NCBI GenBank assembly: GCA_964252035.1
Contig: OZ176204.1
DNA: 64,000 bases
Strand: one strand, 5' to 3'
Origin: Podarcis erhardii
Lineage: Eukaryota
The notes below the pieces were generated by a model. The model was not told the DNA's origin. It did no database searches and saw only the letters and a list, made by a program, of their open reading frames with translations. Positions 1 through 13,582 of the stretch are shown in pieces. The first letter of the stretch is position 1. Every line of letters starts with the position of its first letter. A program made the position numbers and the translations under genes.

Positions 1-1234
1 AGTGGCCCAGCTGTGAGGTCAAATTCGGGACCTCCCTGGAGTCCCAGGCTCATTGGTTCAGGCCAACATTTGCATGAAAACGGGAGCTTTTGTCTCCCAA
101 CTTCAGCTTCTGCTGCTGTTCCTGCTGGTGGATTATTTCTCCCATAATCCCTTAGCCTGGCGGTTGCTGGGAGATGTTGATTATGTTAAGGACAAGAGGA
201 TCCTGACATCAAACAGGGCCTGGAGCAGCAGGGGCCTGCATGGAAACAAAGATCCGGTTTCCAGGCAGATGCCTGTCCTGGATGAAGACGAGCAGCAAGT
301 GTGGGGTGGGTGGGGGAGGGCATGGCTCCCTAGATGGACGGACTGTGGAAAATAGGCTCCCTTCTCTGGGTATCCCTGAAATTCAGCTTATAAATGCTTC
401 TTGAACTCATGTGTTTGATGACATACAGATTATTGTGTCTCGAGTACATTTATGTGTTGTGTTGGCAAGTCTTAGGCTGCTCAGAGAACTTCTTGTCATA
501 CGGCAGCCCATCAGCAATGCAAATATTTTATTTAGAATAGATTTAGATGAGGATAATGTCTCTGGCATGATTTTGGGCTGTTTTCATACTTTGTCTTTTG
601 AGGTGCACTCCTTTTATGAAACCTAGAGGTGGGCATTTGACTAGCCAAAAAAGATCCTGCCTCTTTTAAGTACTGGCATTGTGAGGACAAAGGAGAAAAT
701 AAATAAGCATCAAACTCTTGTTTGTAATTACATTTCAGCTGGGCCACAGTGGCTGCCTTGGCACGTATTGGCAAGCCAAACTTTCTGACTTATCGTGGTT
801 TATTGTGAACAAGCCGTGTGTTGGTGCATCCTGCTCAATAGTTCCAGCTTCACTCCTTCCCTGACATGAGAGTGGTAAACAGTCCAGGAATACTTGGCTT
901 ATCATTATGTTTGAACTCACAGACCCTGGTTTGTTGCTCCTTAACAAGCAATGTTAACGAGCCAACATTAACCCGCGATTCGTGGTTGATTTGCTGATTG
1001 GGACTTGTTAGAGAATAATACACCATGATCCATGGTATAGATGCAATCTCCTTCTTCTCCAGGGTGGGGAGCAAAGCAGGAATGATTGGGCAATGTGCAC
1101 TAACCCACTGCTTGTTCACAATAAGCTGCAATAGACTGGAAACTTTGGCTTACCGTTTTGTGCAAACATGGCCACTTCAACACATTATGTAAGAACCTGG
1201 CTGTTGTTTTCTTTAAAATATAGATACATTATTA

Positions 1235-1543
1235 CAGGGGCAGGCAAACTAAGGCCTGTGGGCCGGATGCACCCCAATCGCCTTCTAAATCTGGCCTGCG
1301 GATGGTCTGGGAATCAGTGTGTTTTTACATGAGTAGAATGTGTCCTTTTATTTAAAATGCATCTCTGGGTTATTTGTGAGGCCTGCCTGGTGTTTTTACA
1401 TGAATAGAATGTGTGCTTTTATTTAAAACACATCTCTGGGTTATTTGTGGGGCATAGGAATTCGTTCATTTCCCCCCTCAAAATATAGTCCGGCCCACCA
1501 CATGGTCTGAGGGATGGTGGCTGAAAAAGGTTGCTGACCCCTG
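1235..1543 (+). mobile_element. hAT-type MITE (non-autonomous DNA transposon), about 309 bp
   Basis: Termini CAGGGG...CCCCTG. Perfect 8-bp TSD CATTATTA at 1227-1234 and 1544-1551. Internal ~75-bp duplication. A second copy lies at 59688-60009. Confidence 0.85.
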
Positions 1544-4339
1544 CATTATTATATGAGCACTCTGCTGTCCTGGGTTCATTTAAAGATGTTCCTTTCCATG
1601 TGTCTCCTTCCAGTGCTTGAAAGGGTGGGGAGGGATGGACAGGCAGGAAGCATGGGATACATTAAGCATAGTTTGGATTCATTCCAATGATCCCCCTGGA
1701 TCCTTCTACTTGTGCTGGTAGGGTTGGTTGGCATCTGTCTGTCTTGGGAGACAATGGAAGAATGTGCCTTCGGGGGTGAAGTTAAACTGTTGGGGAGTTA
1801 CAGCTGTTGCTGTGGCTGTAGAGACGATACAGGGGAGACATGTTTTGTTGCAGCTGGGGCAGATGAAGGGGCCTGGTTGCGCTGATGCAGGTGCACACTT
1901 CCCAGCAGTCGTTCCTCCTCTTGTTAGGGACAGCAGTGGTGATCATCAAAAGGAAGAAGCAACACCCAGAGCAGAGCAGCTTTCCATCCTGTGGTTCTAT
2001 GAAAATTGTGCTGTATTCCTTAGTTCAGGACTAGCCAATGTGAGCCCTCTGGGTGTTTTTGGACTCTTGCACCCATCAGCCACAACCAGCAATGGTCAGA
2101 TATGATGGGAGCTTGCAGCCTTAACAACTTTGGCTGCCCCTGTTCTAATTCTTGCTGATCAACAGGATGGGGCATATTTGGAAAGTGTCCAGAGGGCTGA
2201 ATGGGCTGAGCACAAGTCGTAGTTGATAGATATAAAGCCTGTTCAGGAGTTGAACTTTGAAAACACCATCTTAAGAATGCTTTGCCAGCAACCTGTGAAT
2301 TGAAGTTCTCAGTTTACGTTGATCAAGGTCCAAACATGGAAATGTGCGCTGTCTAGGGAAGAGTGACGCTGTATAGCACACTGCACAAAAATCAGCATCT
2401 TTCATTTTGGCAGAAAGACTGGGGTGGCGGAGAATCTGTCTGCAAGATGCCTCTGTTAAAGTTTGTGGAAGCCGCAAATTCAGTATCCTTGGGTGATGCG
2501 GAAGGGGGTTGACAAAGGGCAGATTGTTGTCTGCTTGCTGTAAATGAACTTTCCTTTCAATGCTAACTGCAGTTTCTCAGCATGTGTCACACATCTCTGA
2601 TTCTGTGGGCCAAAATAGATGTGTGCATGCTTATTATACACTAACAGAATACACTTTATTCAAGAGTTGGAGAGGGTCAGGGGGTGTCTCCTGCTTTCCT
2701 ATATCAACACGAGTGTCAGGGGGAGCAGAACGAAACCTGTCCCTTGCCTTGCTATGCCATGCTATGCTTGACTGGTTTAAACTGTTTTCCATCAGCCTGG
2801 CTTGGATACCAGAAGTGAGCCAGGCTGTGAGAGGCAAACAGCCTTAAGTGGCTGAATATGGTGAATTAAGACAGGATGGGGGCCTTTTTTGTTCTTCATG
2901 CACTCACTTTGGTGCAAAAAGTAAGATTTTATAGGCAAATGGGTGAATACACATATGGATACCTAGTTTAGCTCTGTGTTGTGCCTGTCATTTAAATGAC
3001 CGGGGGGGGGGGGAGAGTTGCTTTAAAATAACCCCAAATTGCCAGTGACATATGGACGTAGAAGATGCTGCCTTCGTGTCGGACCATTGCTCCTTCTGGC
3101 TCCCTGTTGTCTACTTTGAGGGCGGGGAACCCAAGGCCAGCCATGTCTTCTGGGGGCTACATGTGGGGTGGGGCCAGCTGCAAAGGTGGACAGAGAAATT
3201 AGTGTAAAATTTACCTTTATATGGTAGCCTAGTTTCTTATTAATTATTCTGTATCACCACACACCCACAAACCCCACTCTTTCCTCCCTCCATTGTATAC
3301 CAATGCAAGCAGGGAGCATTACTAGAGAGTTCACATTCCAGCCAGGGGGCAGGGGTGACACATCCTATTTTGCCGCCTGAGGCAATATGGGAAGTGCTGC
3401 CCTTCTGCTGCCACCACCCCCACCTCCACCATACCTGCCACTGCTACTGCCTCTGTCTGTTGTGTGCACTGCCACTTCTGACGCTGGTGGGGTGACCGTG
3501 GGGATGCTGCCTCAGGGATTTCTACTGCCTGAGGTAGTGATCTCACCATGCCTAATGGCAGGGCTGGCCCTGAGCAGAGAGGGGCGGGTAGGATAGGGAG
3601 GGAATGCAGCATGGGGAGGATCCTAAGGGTCAGACTCAGATAGGGAGACTTGGCTGTTGCATTGTCTCCTGGTCCTGAGGTTCCCTCCCATCTCTGATCT
3701 ACTCTGTGTGGCAGTCTTGAAGATGTCCTTCTACCTGGGACCTTGTAGCTGGAGATGCTGGGGGGTTAAATATGAGATCTTTTGCATGCAGGTCATGTCC
3801 TCTGTCACTGAGCCATGGCATTTTCCAACTATTTGGGATGGTTGAGAAACTCGCATGCTCAAAACTCTTTGTTCTCTCCAATCCTGTGAGGAGATTAAGA
3901 AAACATCATGTTAGGTGGGTTCTTTCATTCTGCTTTTGTGAGCTATTATGGAAACACTTTTATGTTTTCTATCTTCTCTCAGCCATGAAGACTAAGCTAT
4001 CAGAAAAAGGAAAGCTTAGCGTTTTGAGAATTTCAGCCAGTGTTTTCAGGCTGCACAAAAATGGCTCAGCTCCCGCTGTGAGGAGGCTGGCCTTCGCTAT
4101 TAGGCAGAAGACTCTGGCTCTCTGATCTTGATAAATTTGGTTATCAGAGCCCCATCTCCATTCCCTTTCAGAATCTTCTTAAACATTTAATGCCCTGCTT
4201 CATTATTTCACTTGATGGGAAGCTCAGCAGGCCGCTTTTGGACAGAGACAACTTGGCCACTGCACAATCTATGCCCTGGTAACTTCCAGATCGGATTATT
4301 GCAGCACATGCGACATGGAGATGACTCAAAAGATGACTC

Positions 4340-5340
4340 AAAACTTCAGCTGGCCCAAAATGCACTGGCCAGATTACCGGATGAGGTTCCATTATACTAA
4401 CATGGCTCAGCAGGGCTGGCGGACCTTTTTCAGACTGGGGAGCCATATTCCCTCATAGGCAGCATTCTGGGGGCATACCTACGGTGGGTGTAGCCAGGGG
4501 CAACAAGTGGATGGAGCAACAGGTGTGATTCCTTCCTCTGCACAATAGGTGCACAATTCAGAGGTTTCTACACCTGCCTCTCCATCTAGGCAAGTAAGAG
4601 GCATTGTCACAGTTCAAGGACACATTCAAGCCAAGCAAAAGCACTCAAGGATGGGGTGCAGCAGGGCCACTGACGCAGCGGGCTTTGGCATTTATGTGGC
4701 CTGAGGAGAGTCTCAAGGGTCAGATGGAAAGACCTGGAGACCCAGATTTGGTCCCTTGTCTGAAGGTTCCTTATCCCTGGATTAAAGCTTTAGTTGACTG
4801 AGGCCCAAAATACCTGAAAGATTGCTTCGTTCCCTAGAGGCCCTCACAGGTGTTAAGATCAACAGATTGGGCCCTCTTGGTAGATCTGCCACCCCCAGGG
4901 CCATGTAGCGGCTCCCAGCTTCAGTCCTTGGCATCTCCAGGTAAGAGTTGGGAGAGACTTCCTGCCTGAAGCTCTGGAGAGCTGCTCTTGGTCAGTGTAT
5001 ACTGTACTGAGCTAGATGGGCCAATGGTCTGATTCTATATAAGGCAGCAGTTCCTATCTTCCTATCTCAGAGGTGAGGGAGGTGGTGACCTGGAAGAGAG
5101 TATTTTCTGTGGCAGCCTCTAAGCTGTGGGATTCCTTCCCTATAGAGGTACATCAGATTATAAAGGTTCTACCACATGCTGAAGATGCCTTTGACACCTG
5201 AGATGCATGTTTTTAGAACCCAACCTATTCTTTTGATTGTAAATTGTTTGATCTGATTTTTAAATCGTATTTTTAACATTGCTGTAAGCCGCCCTGGGAC
5301 TTTATGGTGAAGGGTGGATAAGAAAACATTTTATTCTTAT
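4340..5340 (+). mobile_element. Fragmented L2-clade LINE remnant interrupted by a SINE-like insertion (~4895-5050)
   Basis: Translates KLQLAQNALARL (ORF 4212-4400), resembling the L2 ORF2 C-terminal LQLVQNAAARL motif. The 3' part tgtaagccgccctggg...gggtgg + AT-rich tail resembles lizard L2 3' ends. Boundaries approximate. Confidence 0.55.
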
Positions 5341-7058
5341 TACCTGTTGAGTAGGAAGGGTATTCTTTAACCAAAGTTAATGCCATTTACACTTGTGGAA
5401 CATTCCCTAATTTTTTGGCTGTGCTGCAGCAGGCAGCAGATGAATTTTGCATCATCTCTGATCTGGCCCATACGGGCAGCTCATTGTCTGTGCTGTTGCA
5501 GGCTCTGTAGGCTATTTTCCTCTTCGAAATTGCTTTCTTTCTTGAATAGATTGCAATTGCAAATTGTAGTGAACGTTGAATTGCATTAACCCTGCCATGC
5601 AGCTACCTTTGAGTTAAAATCTGGCAGCTTTATAAACTAGTCTGTGCCGGCTTGGAGTAGGAACTGAATAATCCCTTGTCTATGGATAGGAAGCCTAAGC
5701 TAACTGGAAAGGACATTGATGCTATTCTGGTGTTCTCTGCAGCAAGTGCAAATGGTGTTTCTGTGGCCATTCATCTAGTCCCTTAGCTCCCCATCTGCCC
5801 TGAACAATTTCCTGTGGGCACTTGGGAATTCCAGCTCCAAAGCTATAGACTCTGCAGCTTAATTATTTGCTATCTTATTATTTATGCCATCTGGACTGGG
5901 GGCTGAGCTGTCCATATTGCTTCCTCTACTGGGACATCCACAATCAGGGGTTTGTTTTTTGTTTGTTAAAGGCCTTAGCTTTCCACACTTCGAAGGCATG
6001 CTTATATAGAACCATAGCTGTCAATGTTTCCCTTTTTTAAAGGGAAATTCCCTTATTCCGAATAGGATTCTTCGCAAGAAAAGGGAAAAGTTGACAGCTA
6101 TGTATAGAACATAAGAAGAGCCCTGCTGGATCCAGCAAAAGGCCCATTTAATCCAGTATCTTGTTCTCACAACGGCCAACCAGATGCCTGTAGCAATGCT
6201 TTCTGCACTTGTGATTCTGTTTGACAGTAGTGAAAGTTTGAGCATGGAACTAAAATGTATATGAGGTCTGTCTGTCCACGTAGCCCAGTATAGTGTACTC
6301 TCATTGGGAGCAGCATTCCAGGTACTCAGGCAGAGGTCTTTCCCCATCACCTTTTTTAACTGGAGAGGCCAAGGACCGAAGTTGGAAACCTCTGGATGCA
6401 GTGCATGTGCTCTGCCGCTAAGCAATGGTCCCTCACCACAGCATGTGCACAAAGCAATGTGTTCGTTTTCAGCAATCTGGAATTCAGATTCAGCAATTCT
6501 CTGTTGCAGTTTGGAAGCCTTATGGCCAGGGTGGACAGCCAGTGGGCATGGATGGAACTGGTGGCAGGTGGGTTTCAACCCCCCACCAAATTTTTCTTTC
6601 TTCCTCCTCCTTGATTAGGCCAAAGAACTGCCTGGGCAGGCAACACTAGAGTCAGATTTCAAAGTGAGGCTTATGGTGCCCATGGATATGCATTGGCAGG
6701 TTGGAAATAAGAACAAACCTTTCTTGTACTTCTGCAGATATGATGGTGTTGTTAAGGCAAACTATTTGGAATCAAACCGTACTTGGGTTTGTGTTCCCAA
6801 GCTTTGGGTTAGAGAAATGGAGCTGAGCTGTGACTTTTTGCAGATTGTCTACTGTTCCTCACACACCATACCCCCACCTCGGCACCTTGCTTCTAAAAAG
6901 CTTTTCCATGCTCTGCACAGTGCCAGTGAATGGATGTGGAAGAGAACAGAGAGCTGTTTTCTCCTTCTCCCCTCCCACCACCTTGGTTCCTTTTAATTAA
7001 CTGCATAGGATTGCAGCTCCAGTGTATGTCACAGCAGCCTTTGAGTGCATGTAGTGCA

Positions 7059-7174
7059 CGGAAAAACTGTCTGCGGACAAATGCCGGCTCCCTCAGCCAG
7101 TAAAGCGAGATGAGCGCCGCAACCCCAGAGTTGTTCGCGACTGGACTTAACTGTCAGGGGTCCTTTACCTTTAC
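7059..7174 (+). mobile_element. 5'-truncated Sauria SINE
   Basis: Matches the 3' half of the copy at 57491-57825 (taaagcgagatgagcgccgcaaccccagag...cctttaccttta). Confidence 0.85.
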
Positions 7175-7404
7175 TGCACAGAAAGGCTGAAATCCTAGGT
7201 TATGTGTTTCTACTTGATCAATGGGTGAGTGGTTCAGATGCAACACTTGTAACCACTAGAAGCTGTGCATTCGGTGTAGTAGCCTGTGGAATTCCTTGCC
7301 ACCTGACATGAGAGGTGCACCCTCCTTGCTGAACTTCAGGCTCATGACTAAGACATCCTTGTTTCAGGGGGCATTTTAAGGTAGTGTTCAGTTTTATGAT
7401 AAAT

Positions 7405-7588
7405 GATACGAGCTGTTCAATAGTGGAATGGACTCCTTTGGGAGGTTGTGGACTCTCTTTCATTGGAGGTTTTTAAGCAGAGATTAGATGGCCATTTGTC
7501 ATGGATGCTTTAGTTGAGATTCCTGCATTGCAAGGGGTTGGACTCAATGACCCTAGGGGTTCCTTCCATGTCTACAATTCTATGATTC
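7405..7588 (+). mobile_element. CR1 LINE 3' end
   Basis: ggaggtttttaagcagagattagatggccat...ttcctgcattgcaaggggttggact...attctatgattc is typical of a CR1 3' UTR and tail. Confidence 0.75.
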
Positions 7589-10500
7589 ATAATTTATTGT
7601 TTAATTTTCTGGGTTTTATTTTTAGGTGCACCACTTAGAAACATGAATGATTAAGCAATATATAAATGTCTTAAATACGAAAACATAAATAAGAGTAAAA
7701 AGGATTAGGCTCTGACTGCAATTTCCTTGTTGATATAATTTTCCCATTTGACACAAGGGCGCTGGCCAGTATCAAGACTGTGTTGCTATTTTCAGTCTCC
7801 TTCTTGTGTGCTTGAATTTTCAAAATTCAAGGCCTTGTTCTCAGAAACATCCCTTCTTGGCCTCACAAAAACTAGAGTTAACTCTTCCTGCAGCAGTCTC
7901 TCCTTTTAAATTTCTCCCTGTATGTTATTATTTCAAACTTGTTCTTGTATATTATTAACTACCTCCTCCAGGTTTTTCTTTTTCTTTGAAGGCACAACTT
8001 TCCAGTCTTCTTTGCTATGGAAAAATGTTGGGGAACTTGAGTCACATTTTTCTGACCTCTGTTTTGTAAATCTCTCCCTCCTTCCCTGTGCACTTTCATT
8101 GCCCCTTTGCCAAAACATCCAAGTTCTCTGAAAGCCCCACTTAACAGAAGCAGAATATACAAACAGAGATCGTGATCTAATTCGTATTCGCATGGACTGT
8201 ACAAATGCATCTGGAATGTGGGGTTTGGGAGCAAAGGCCCATCCCATGACTCAGCGTTGGACTTTATTTTTTCTTTTTTAACAATCGGGGGAAGTAGAAG
8301 TTGTCAGGAAGTACTCCTGAAGTGTGTGTACTGGAAAGAACTTCCTGAGAAGATCTGATAGTGCTGGTCTTCCTCCTGCAGTGGCCTCGCTTATTCCATA
8401 TACACCCCTCTCCCCAGCCCTTTTGCTGAATAGGAGAACAGATTCTCAGTCATCTAAAATTCTTTGCAGTCATTACAAAATCACAGGGCTATGAGATTGT
8501 CAGCCAGACAAACAAGCCAAAGTGGTTTGGGAACATTTTCTTACAGCCAGCTGCTTTGGCTTCTTTTAGAATAAGTTTTAAAAGGATGTTTTTTGTTTTG
8601 CAGTCGGCTCACTTTGTGCAAAAATGTAGCCAGGTAGGATGCAGCAGAAGTTACCCCTGAAAGTGAATCCTTTCCGTTGTACCTTTACTTCCCTCCTGTT
8701 CTTGCATTACGTCGTTTTGCCATGCTGTGAATCCCGTACTTGGAGCATCTTTCTATTTTCTGTTCATCACACATCTCTCACTCCTTAAGTTCCTTCATCT
8801 CAATATCTGCTCCTTCAGCAACGTAATTTTCCTGACCTTAACTGCACCTTTAGGTTCACTTGACTTCCCCCAGTCTCTTGCCACTTTCCTAACCTTGCTA
8901 CTGGTATATTCTGTACTGCACTGGCCACATTGTTGGTACTTAATCAATTTTGAACAGTTGTGCCTGTCTGAAGATTTTTGTGAGTGCAAATCCCACAACC
9001 TCAGTGGCTATCATCTTGCTGCTTTCTGGTGTGAAGAACTAACAGAAATGTGTTGCATATGTTTTCACTTGTTAGTCAGTAGCACCTGTGGCCACCGTTC
9101 ATTCAGCCGCTCTCTCACCTCATTCACATGCCTCCCATTCACATATCACTGCCTGAGCAGCTGGATTTCAAACATGGCAATGCAAAAGTTATGACAGTGG
9201 TTTCTGTCCCTCTTAGATGTGTTGCTGTATCAGGAATGTTTGAGTTGATGATAGCACACAGAAGGCACACACCCCACAACCTTGGGCTAGGATATTTCTG
9301 ATCTCTTTGCATGAATTTGCAGACTGTAATCTGGGCATCTCAATCTGGCAACTGTTCCCTTCAACACCCTTTAAATCTGTGAGCAAGGGTAGAGTCTTTT
9401 GCATGTTGATGCTCTCTGAAACATTGTAGTGAAGCACAAATCCCTTTACGCTGGGGAGCATTGGGGAGCCTGCCTTTCATTACGCAAGACCAAAGGCTTG
9501 TGGTAAGCAAGGAAGACAAGGCCAAAGTATTACCTTTGAGGTCTTTCTCCTGTTGCAGATCCTGTTCTATTAGAGTCTTTCTCCGCTCCCAATTCCCCTC
9601 TGCTTTTCTAAAAAAATGCTCATGTACTCATGCACTGCCCAAGATGGGAGCTGAGCAGGGGCTGGTCTAGTGCCTAGGGTTGGAATAAATGCGAGTTAGT
9701 TCCGCTCGGTGATCCTGAACTGCTGGCAGGAGCGGGAGACACAGGCGCTTTCTATTTAAAGCACAGCACAGAGGGCAGGTTATAAAAAGGAAATCTGCTC
9801 TGCGGACAGAAGCGAAGGGAGAGGGAAGCCGAGAGCGGGGAGGTGCTGCTGTGCTTGGCCTTCCCTCCCCCATGGCTCTTCTCCGTTGGTGGCATGGCGG
9901 AGAAATTGCCTCCTGGAATCCTTCTGCTTCCTTCCACCCCAGCTCCCCTATCAGTTCTAGGTGGGTGGCTTCCCCATTGACTACAGTACCTCCTAAACCG
10001 AACACGTAGCATGTTCTGCTTCTTGCGGAAGGGGGAAAATCACATGCAATTGCGGGAAGGATTAACAGAAGCCGTATGTATGAATGGCAGGCTAGTCGTT
10101 TCCCTCTGTGCAACATTAGCAGGGTGGTTGTCTGCAGCCCCACTTGGCGCTCCCAGCTTCAGCTGCAGAAAGGAAGAGGCATGCAAAATAAATCCACGTT
10201 GGAAAAGCAATTGGGCAATGGGCATTTTCCATGGAGACTGGCAGGCAGCTCTAGCTGGCTGTCCTGGCTCTCGGAAGCAAGGAGAGGCAGCCAGGATGCC
10301 CATCTTGGAAGGAACAAACAATACCCCAGCTGTCTCTCCTAGATTCAAGGGCCAGAAAAGACACACAGCCTTTCTAGCTGTGAGAGAGGCTTTGCACTTC
10401 ATGGGCTGTTGCTACTTGCCCTAGGCAAGTGGGTTGTTGCGCCTCTGAAACATAGTATTGCGTGGGAACTCTAAAGCAGGCATGGGGAACCTGTGGTTGA

Positions 10501-11668
10501 ACTTCAACTCCCATCAGCCCTGCCTAGCATAGCCGATTGATGGGATTTGTAGTCCAACAACAGCTAAGAGGCTGCAGGTTCTGCTTGAAAGGAAACCTGC
10601 CTCTGTGGAAAGAGTTGGCACTCTAGTCTCCCTCCAGTTCCCTTCCAGCCTTTGAAACTTTTTGAACACCATCAAAGGTGCCCTTTAAATGATAGTGGTT
10701 CCTATGTCCCTGCTGTTATGTAAAAAGGCATGGCAGGTACCTTCTCTGCAGCTTTCTTATCACTCCTGCCCACTCTAAGTGTGCTGAATCTTGGGTGGGG
10801 ACTTGCTCACTTCTCTGTGCAGTAGATAGCTTGAGAGGGCACTCCCCACATACACATTGGTGTATTTTGCAGTGGGGCAGGAAAGCAGTGGACGTAACTG
10901 CTGCTGATTCTTCCAGGACTATATATGTAGAGCATATAAATTTACATCCGGACATGTGTTGAAATAGGAGGATTTGTAGCATCCATAGCATTCTGTAAAA
11001 ATAGCTCATGGGAGCCTTCCTGGCTTGATGGAGACCAGGAAGCAAAACACCCTTCTCCATAAGTGCAAGGTAGGCTCTGGACCTGCTCTGCAAGGGAGAT
11101 CTCTCCTCCTTTGTGTTTTGGAAGCTATCTTTAACCTTAAATACCATTGCCTGGCAGTGATACTGGGGGAATTTGAGTTGCTTTTAGACTGGGATTTTCT
11201 GAATGCCAGTATTTCCCTGGCAGGAAAGAGACTGACTTAACTTTTCCAGTGTAAATGAACTATGGAACACAAACTCTGCTCCTTGGCCTGTTTTCTATTT
11301 TGCTTTTCCCTCCTTGCTGCCAAGGCTTCTCTTTCTCCCCTAAGCCACCTTTGATCGTCTCCCCACATAGCAGCTCAAAGGGACCTTTCCCATTGACCTC
11401 TGGCTTGGCAGAGTGTGGAGGTTGAGAGCTGATGGGCTCCTTTGTGTGGTCTGATTCCTCAGTGATCGGTGCTGTCATTCCCAGACGAGGCCTTCTTTTT
11501 CTTCTCCTCAAAGGAGAACCAACTCTGAGAACAGACCCTTGCATCGGAGGCTGCTTATGCTGCCTCTTTTTGGTGGGCCCTGCTGATGTGGTGATTTCCT
11601 GGTCATGTTCTTAGCAGCCAATCCCTTCTCTCTTTCAGACCACGCGCAAAGCCCCTCCTGCGGACATC

Positions 11669-12049
11669 ATGGCCATAGTGCAGACCCTGCCTGTCTCCAT
11701 TGAGTCTGCTTCTGAAGGGGCTGCCCAGCTCCACACGAGTGCCTGCCCGTCCCCTGCAGCCATGGGCAGTGTCAGCAGCCTAATCTCTGGCCGGCCTTGC
11801 CACAAAGCCACGACAGAGTTTGGCCCTTTCCGCCTGCCTGGCGGGGCTGGTTCCCAAGAGCCCCTGTGCCATGGACTTCCCACCAAGAAGAGCAGCTATG
11901 CTTACGTAAGCGAAGAGGACTGGGCCGAAGAGGTGTCTCCCATCAGCCCCTGTAGTGACACAGAAGACCTGCAGGATGACAAGCCCCGAGTTGGCACCAT
12001 CCGCGGACCACCCCCCAAGTTGGTGCCTGTCTCGGGGAAACTTGAGAAG
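11669..12049 (+). CDS. LZTS2: LZTS2 coding exon 1 (127 codons)
   Basis: Acceptor ttcag at 11638. ATG 11669 in Kozak context. Encodes MAIVQTLPV...MGSVSSLISGRP...PPPKLVPVSGKLEK. GT donor at 12050, phase 0. Confidence 0.93.
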
Positions 12050-12098
12050 GTAAGTAGAGAGAGCGTGCTTTGGGCAGAACATGCTGGTCTGTCTAGAT

Positions 12099-12235
12099 CA
12101 GCCTTCCCCTATCTGGTACCCTCCAGATATTTGGACTACAACTCCCATCATCCCTGACCATTGGATATGCTGTACTAGGGCTGATGGGAGCTGTAGTCCT
12201 AAATTACCTGAAGGGCACCAGGCTGTGGAGAGTTG
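12099..12235. mobile_element. Short hairpin MITE (abundant lizard family with ggactacaactcccatca / tgatgggagttgtagtcc core)
   Basis: Near-palindromic ~137 bp. Flanks gtctagat / ttctagtt match at 6 of 8 positions (possible decayed TSD). Related copies at about 135-200, 10490-10580, 19192-19323, 22606-22765, 25245-25470, 57390-57490 and 62180-62250. Confidence 0.7.
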
Positions 12236-12985
12236 TTCTAGTTGATGAATGTTTCCTCAGCCCTGTCAAAAGGCTAATAAGGATCCTCTTCCTCCATTGT
12301 TCATCTCTATCCTGATTCTGTCTTGAGAGAAATGCATACTGAACACAGGAGTTGACCCTTCTCAGTGCACCTATAATGTTACCCATTTAAACCCAGGAAG
12401 GTGTATGCAGCTGAGGCAAAACCATGGTAGGGTGTCCATGGGTTTCTGCAGGAATTTTTCCAGGGGCATATTAAAGCACCGAAAGAGGGAGCAGGTTAGT
12501 TTCTCACGACCCACAAAATAAGCAGAATAGTGTCTCTACATTTTGGCTCATAACTCAGCTTCTACAAATCCCAGAAACGCCATCTTTATTTTAAAATGAA
12601 AGCTGGGGATTATGGTTCATCCACAGTAGGAGCAACTATTAATGAGCTCTCTTATCCATGTTGCTAAATGGTGCTCCTGTTTGCCTTTGTCTGTATCAGC
12701 TAAAAAAGGGCAGCCAGAGTCGCACCACATCAGTTACTACAAGTAGCACTGTAGCTTAGGAGAGGGTTGTGACAGCTGAGGAGAAGGCAGGTAGGTCCAT
12801 CCTGTTTAGAAACAGCCCTTCTAATCTTGACTGAGATTAGACAAGGCCCATTACCTCTCTTGTGATATATGGAGTACACGTCTGCCCAAAGTGCGATAAG
12901 GCGGAGAGGGTTCATTATCCATTGATTTAACCTTCTGGTATCAACTTCCACCCTAGCAATCCTGTGCCTGTGTGCTGTTTTTCAG

Positions 12986-13582
12986 GCCATGGAGAAGACG
13001 CTTATCCGCCCCACGGCCTTCAAGCCAGTCATGCCCAAGAACCGCAATGGCCCACTGCAGGGGCACTTGGCTCTGCGTCCCGGTGCCTCTGTGCTCTCCG
13101 AGAGCCAAGCTAGTCTTGCCCAGCTCTTTGGCAGTGCCCCTGTGGGCAGCACCGAGAAGCACAACTCCCTGAGCTGCCGAACCAGCTCTCACTCAGGGAC
13201 CATGTCGGACTCGGGGCGCAACTCCCTCTCGAGCCTCCCCACCTACAGTACTGGATGCAGCCAGCAGATGGAGCCAGTCAGCATCTCCATGGGCCACATC
13301 ACCCTGGACGGTGGCGGCGGCGGAGGAGGCAGTTCGCGTGGCCTCACGGGGCCTTCAAACTCAGACAGCGGCCGCTCGTCGTCGAGCAAGAGCACGGGCT
13401 CTCTGAGCGGCCGGGGCCACCATTCCTCCGACAGCGGCTCCTGCGGGGGCCGTTCGCCTGTGCACAGCGGAGCGGATGAAGCCCTCCTCATTCACGAACT
13501 TGAGGAGAAGTTGCGGGAGCGTGAGGTCGAGCTGCAGCACCTGAGGGAGAGCCTGGACGAGAATGAGGTGGCCATTTGCCAG
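12986..13582 (+). CDS. LZTS2: LZTS2 coding exon 2 (199 codons)
   Basis: AG at 12984-12985. Encodes AMEKTLIRPTAFKPVMPK...SDSGRSSSSKSTGS...ESLDENEVAICQ. GT at 13583. Confidence 0.95.

Noticed and set aside
3331-3612. Pro-rich ORFs near 3.4 kb as a possible upstream LZTS2 or TWNK exon
   Set aside because: No recognisable homology and no convincing splice-site pair.
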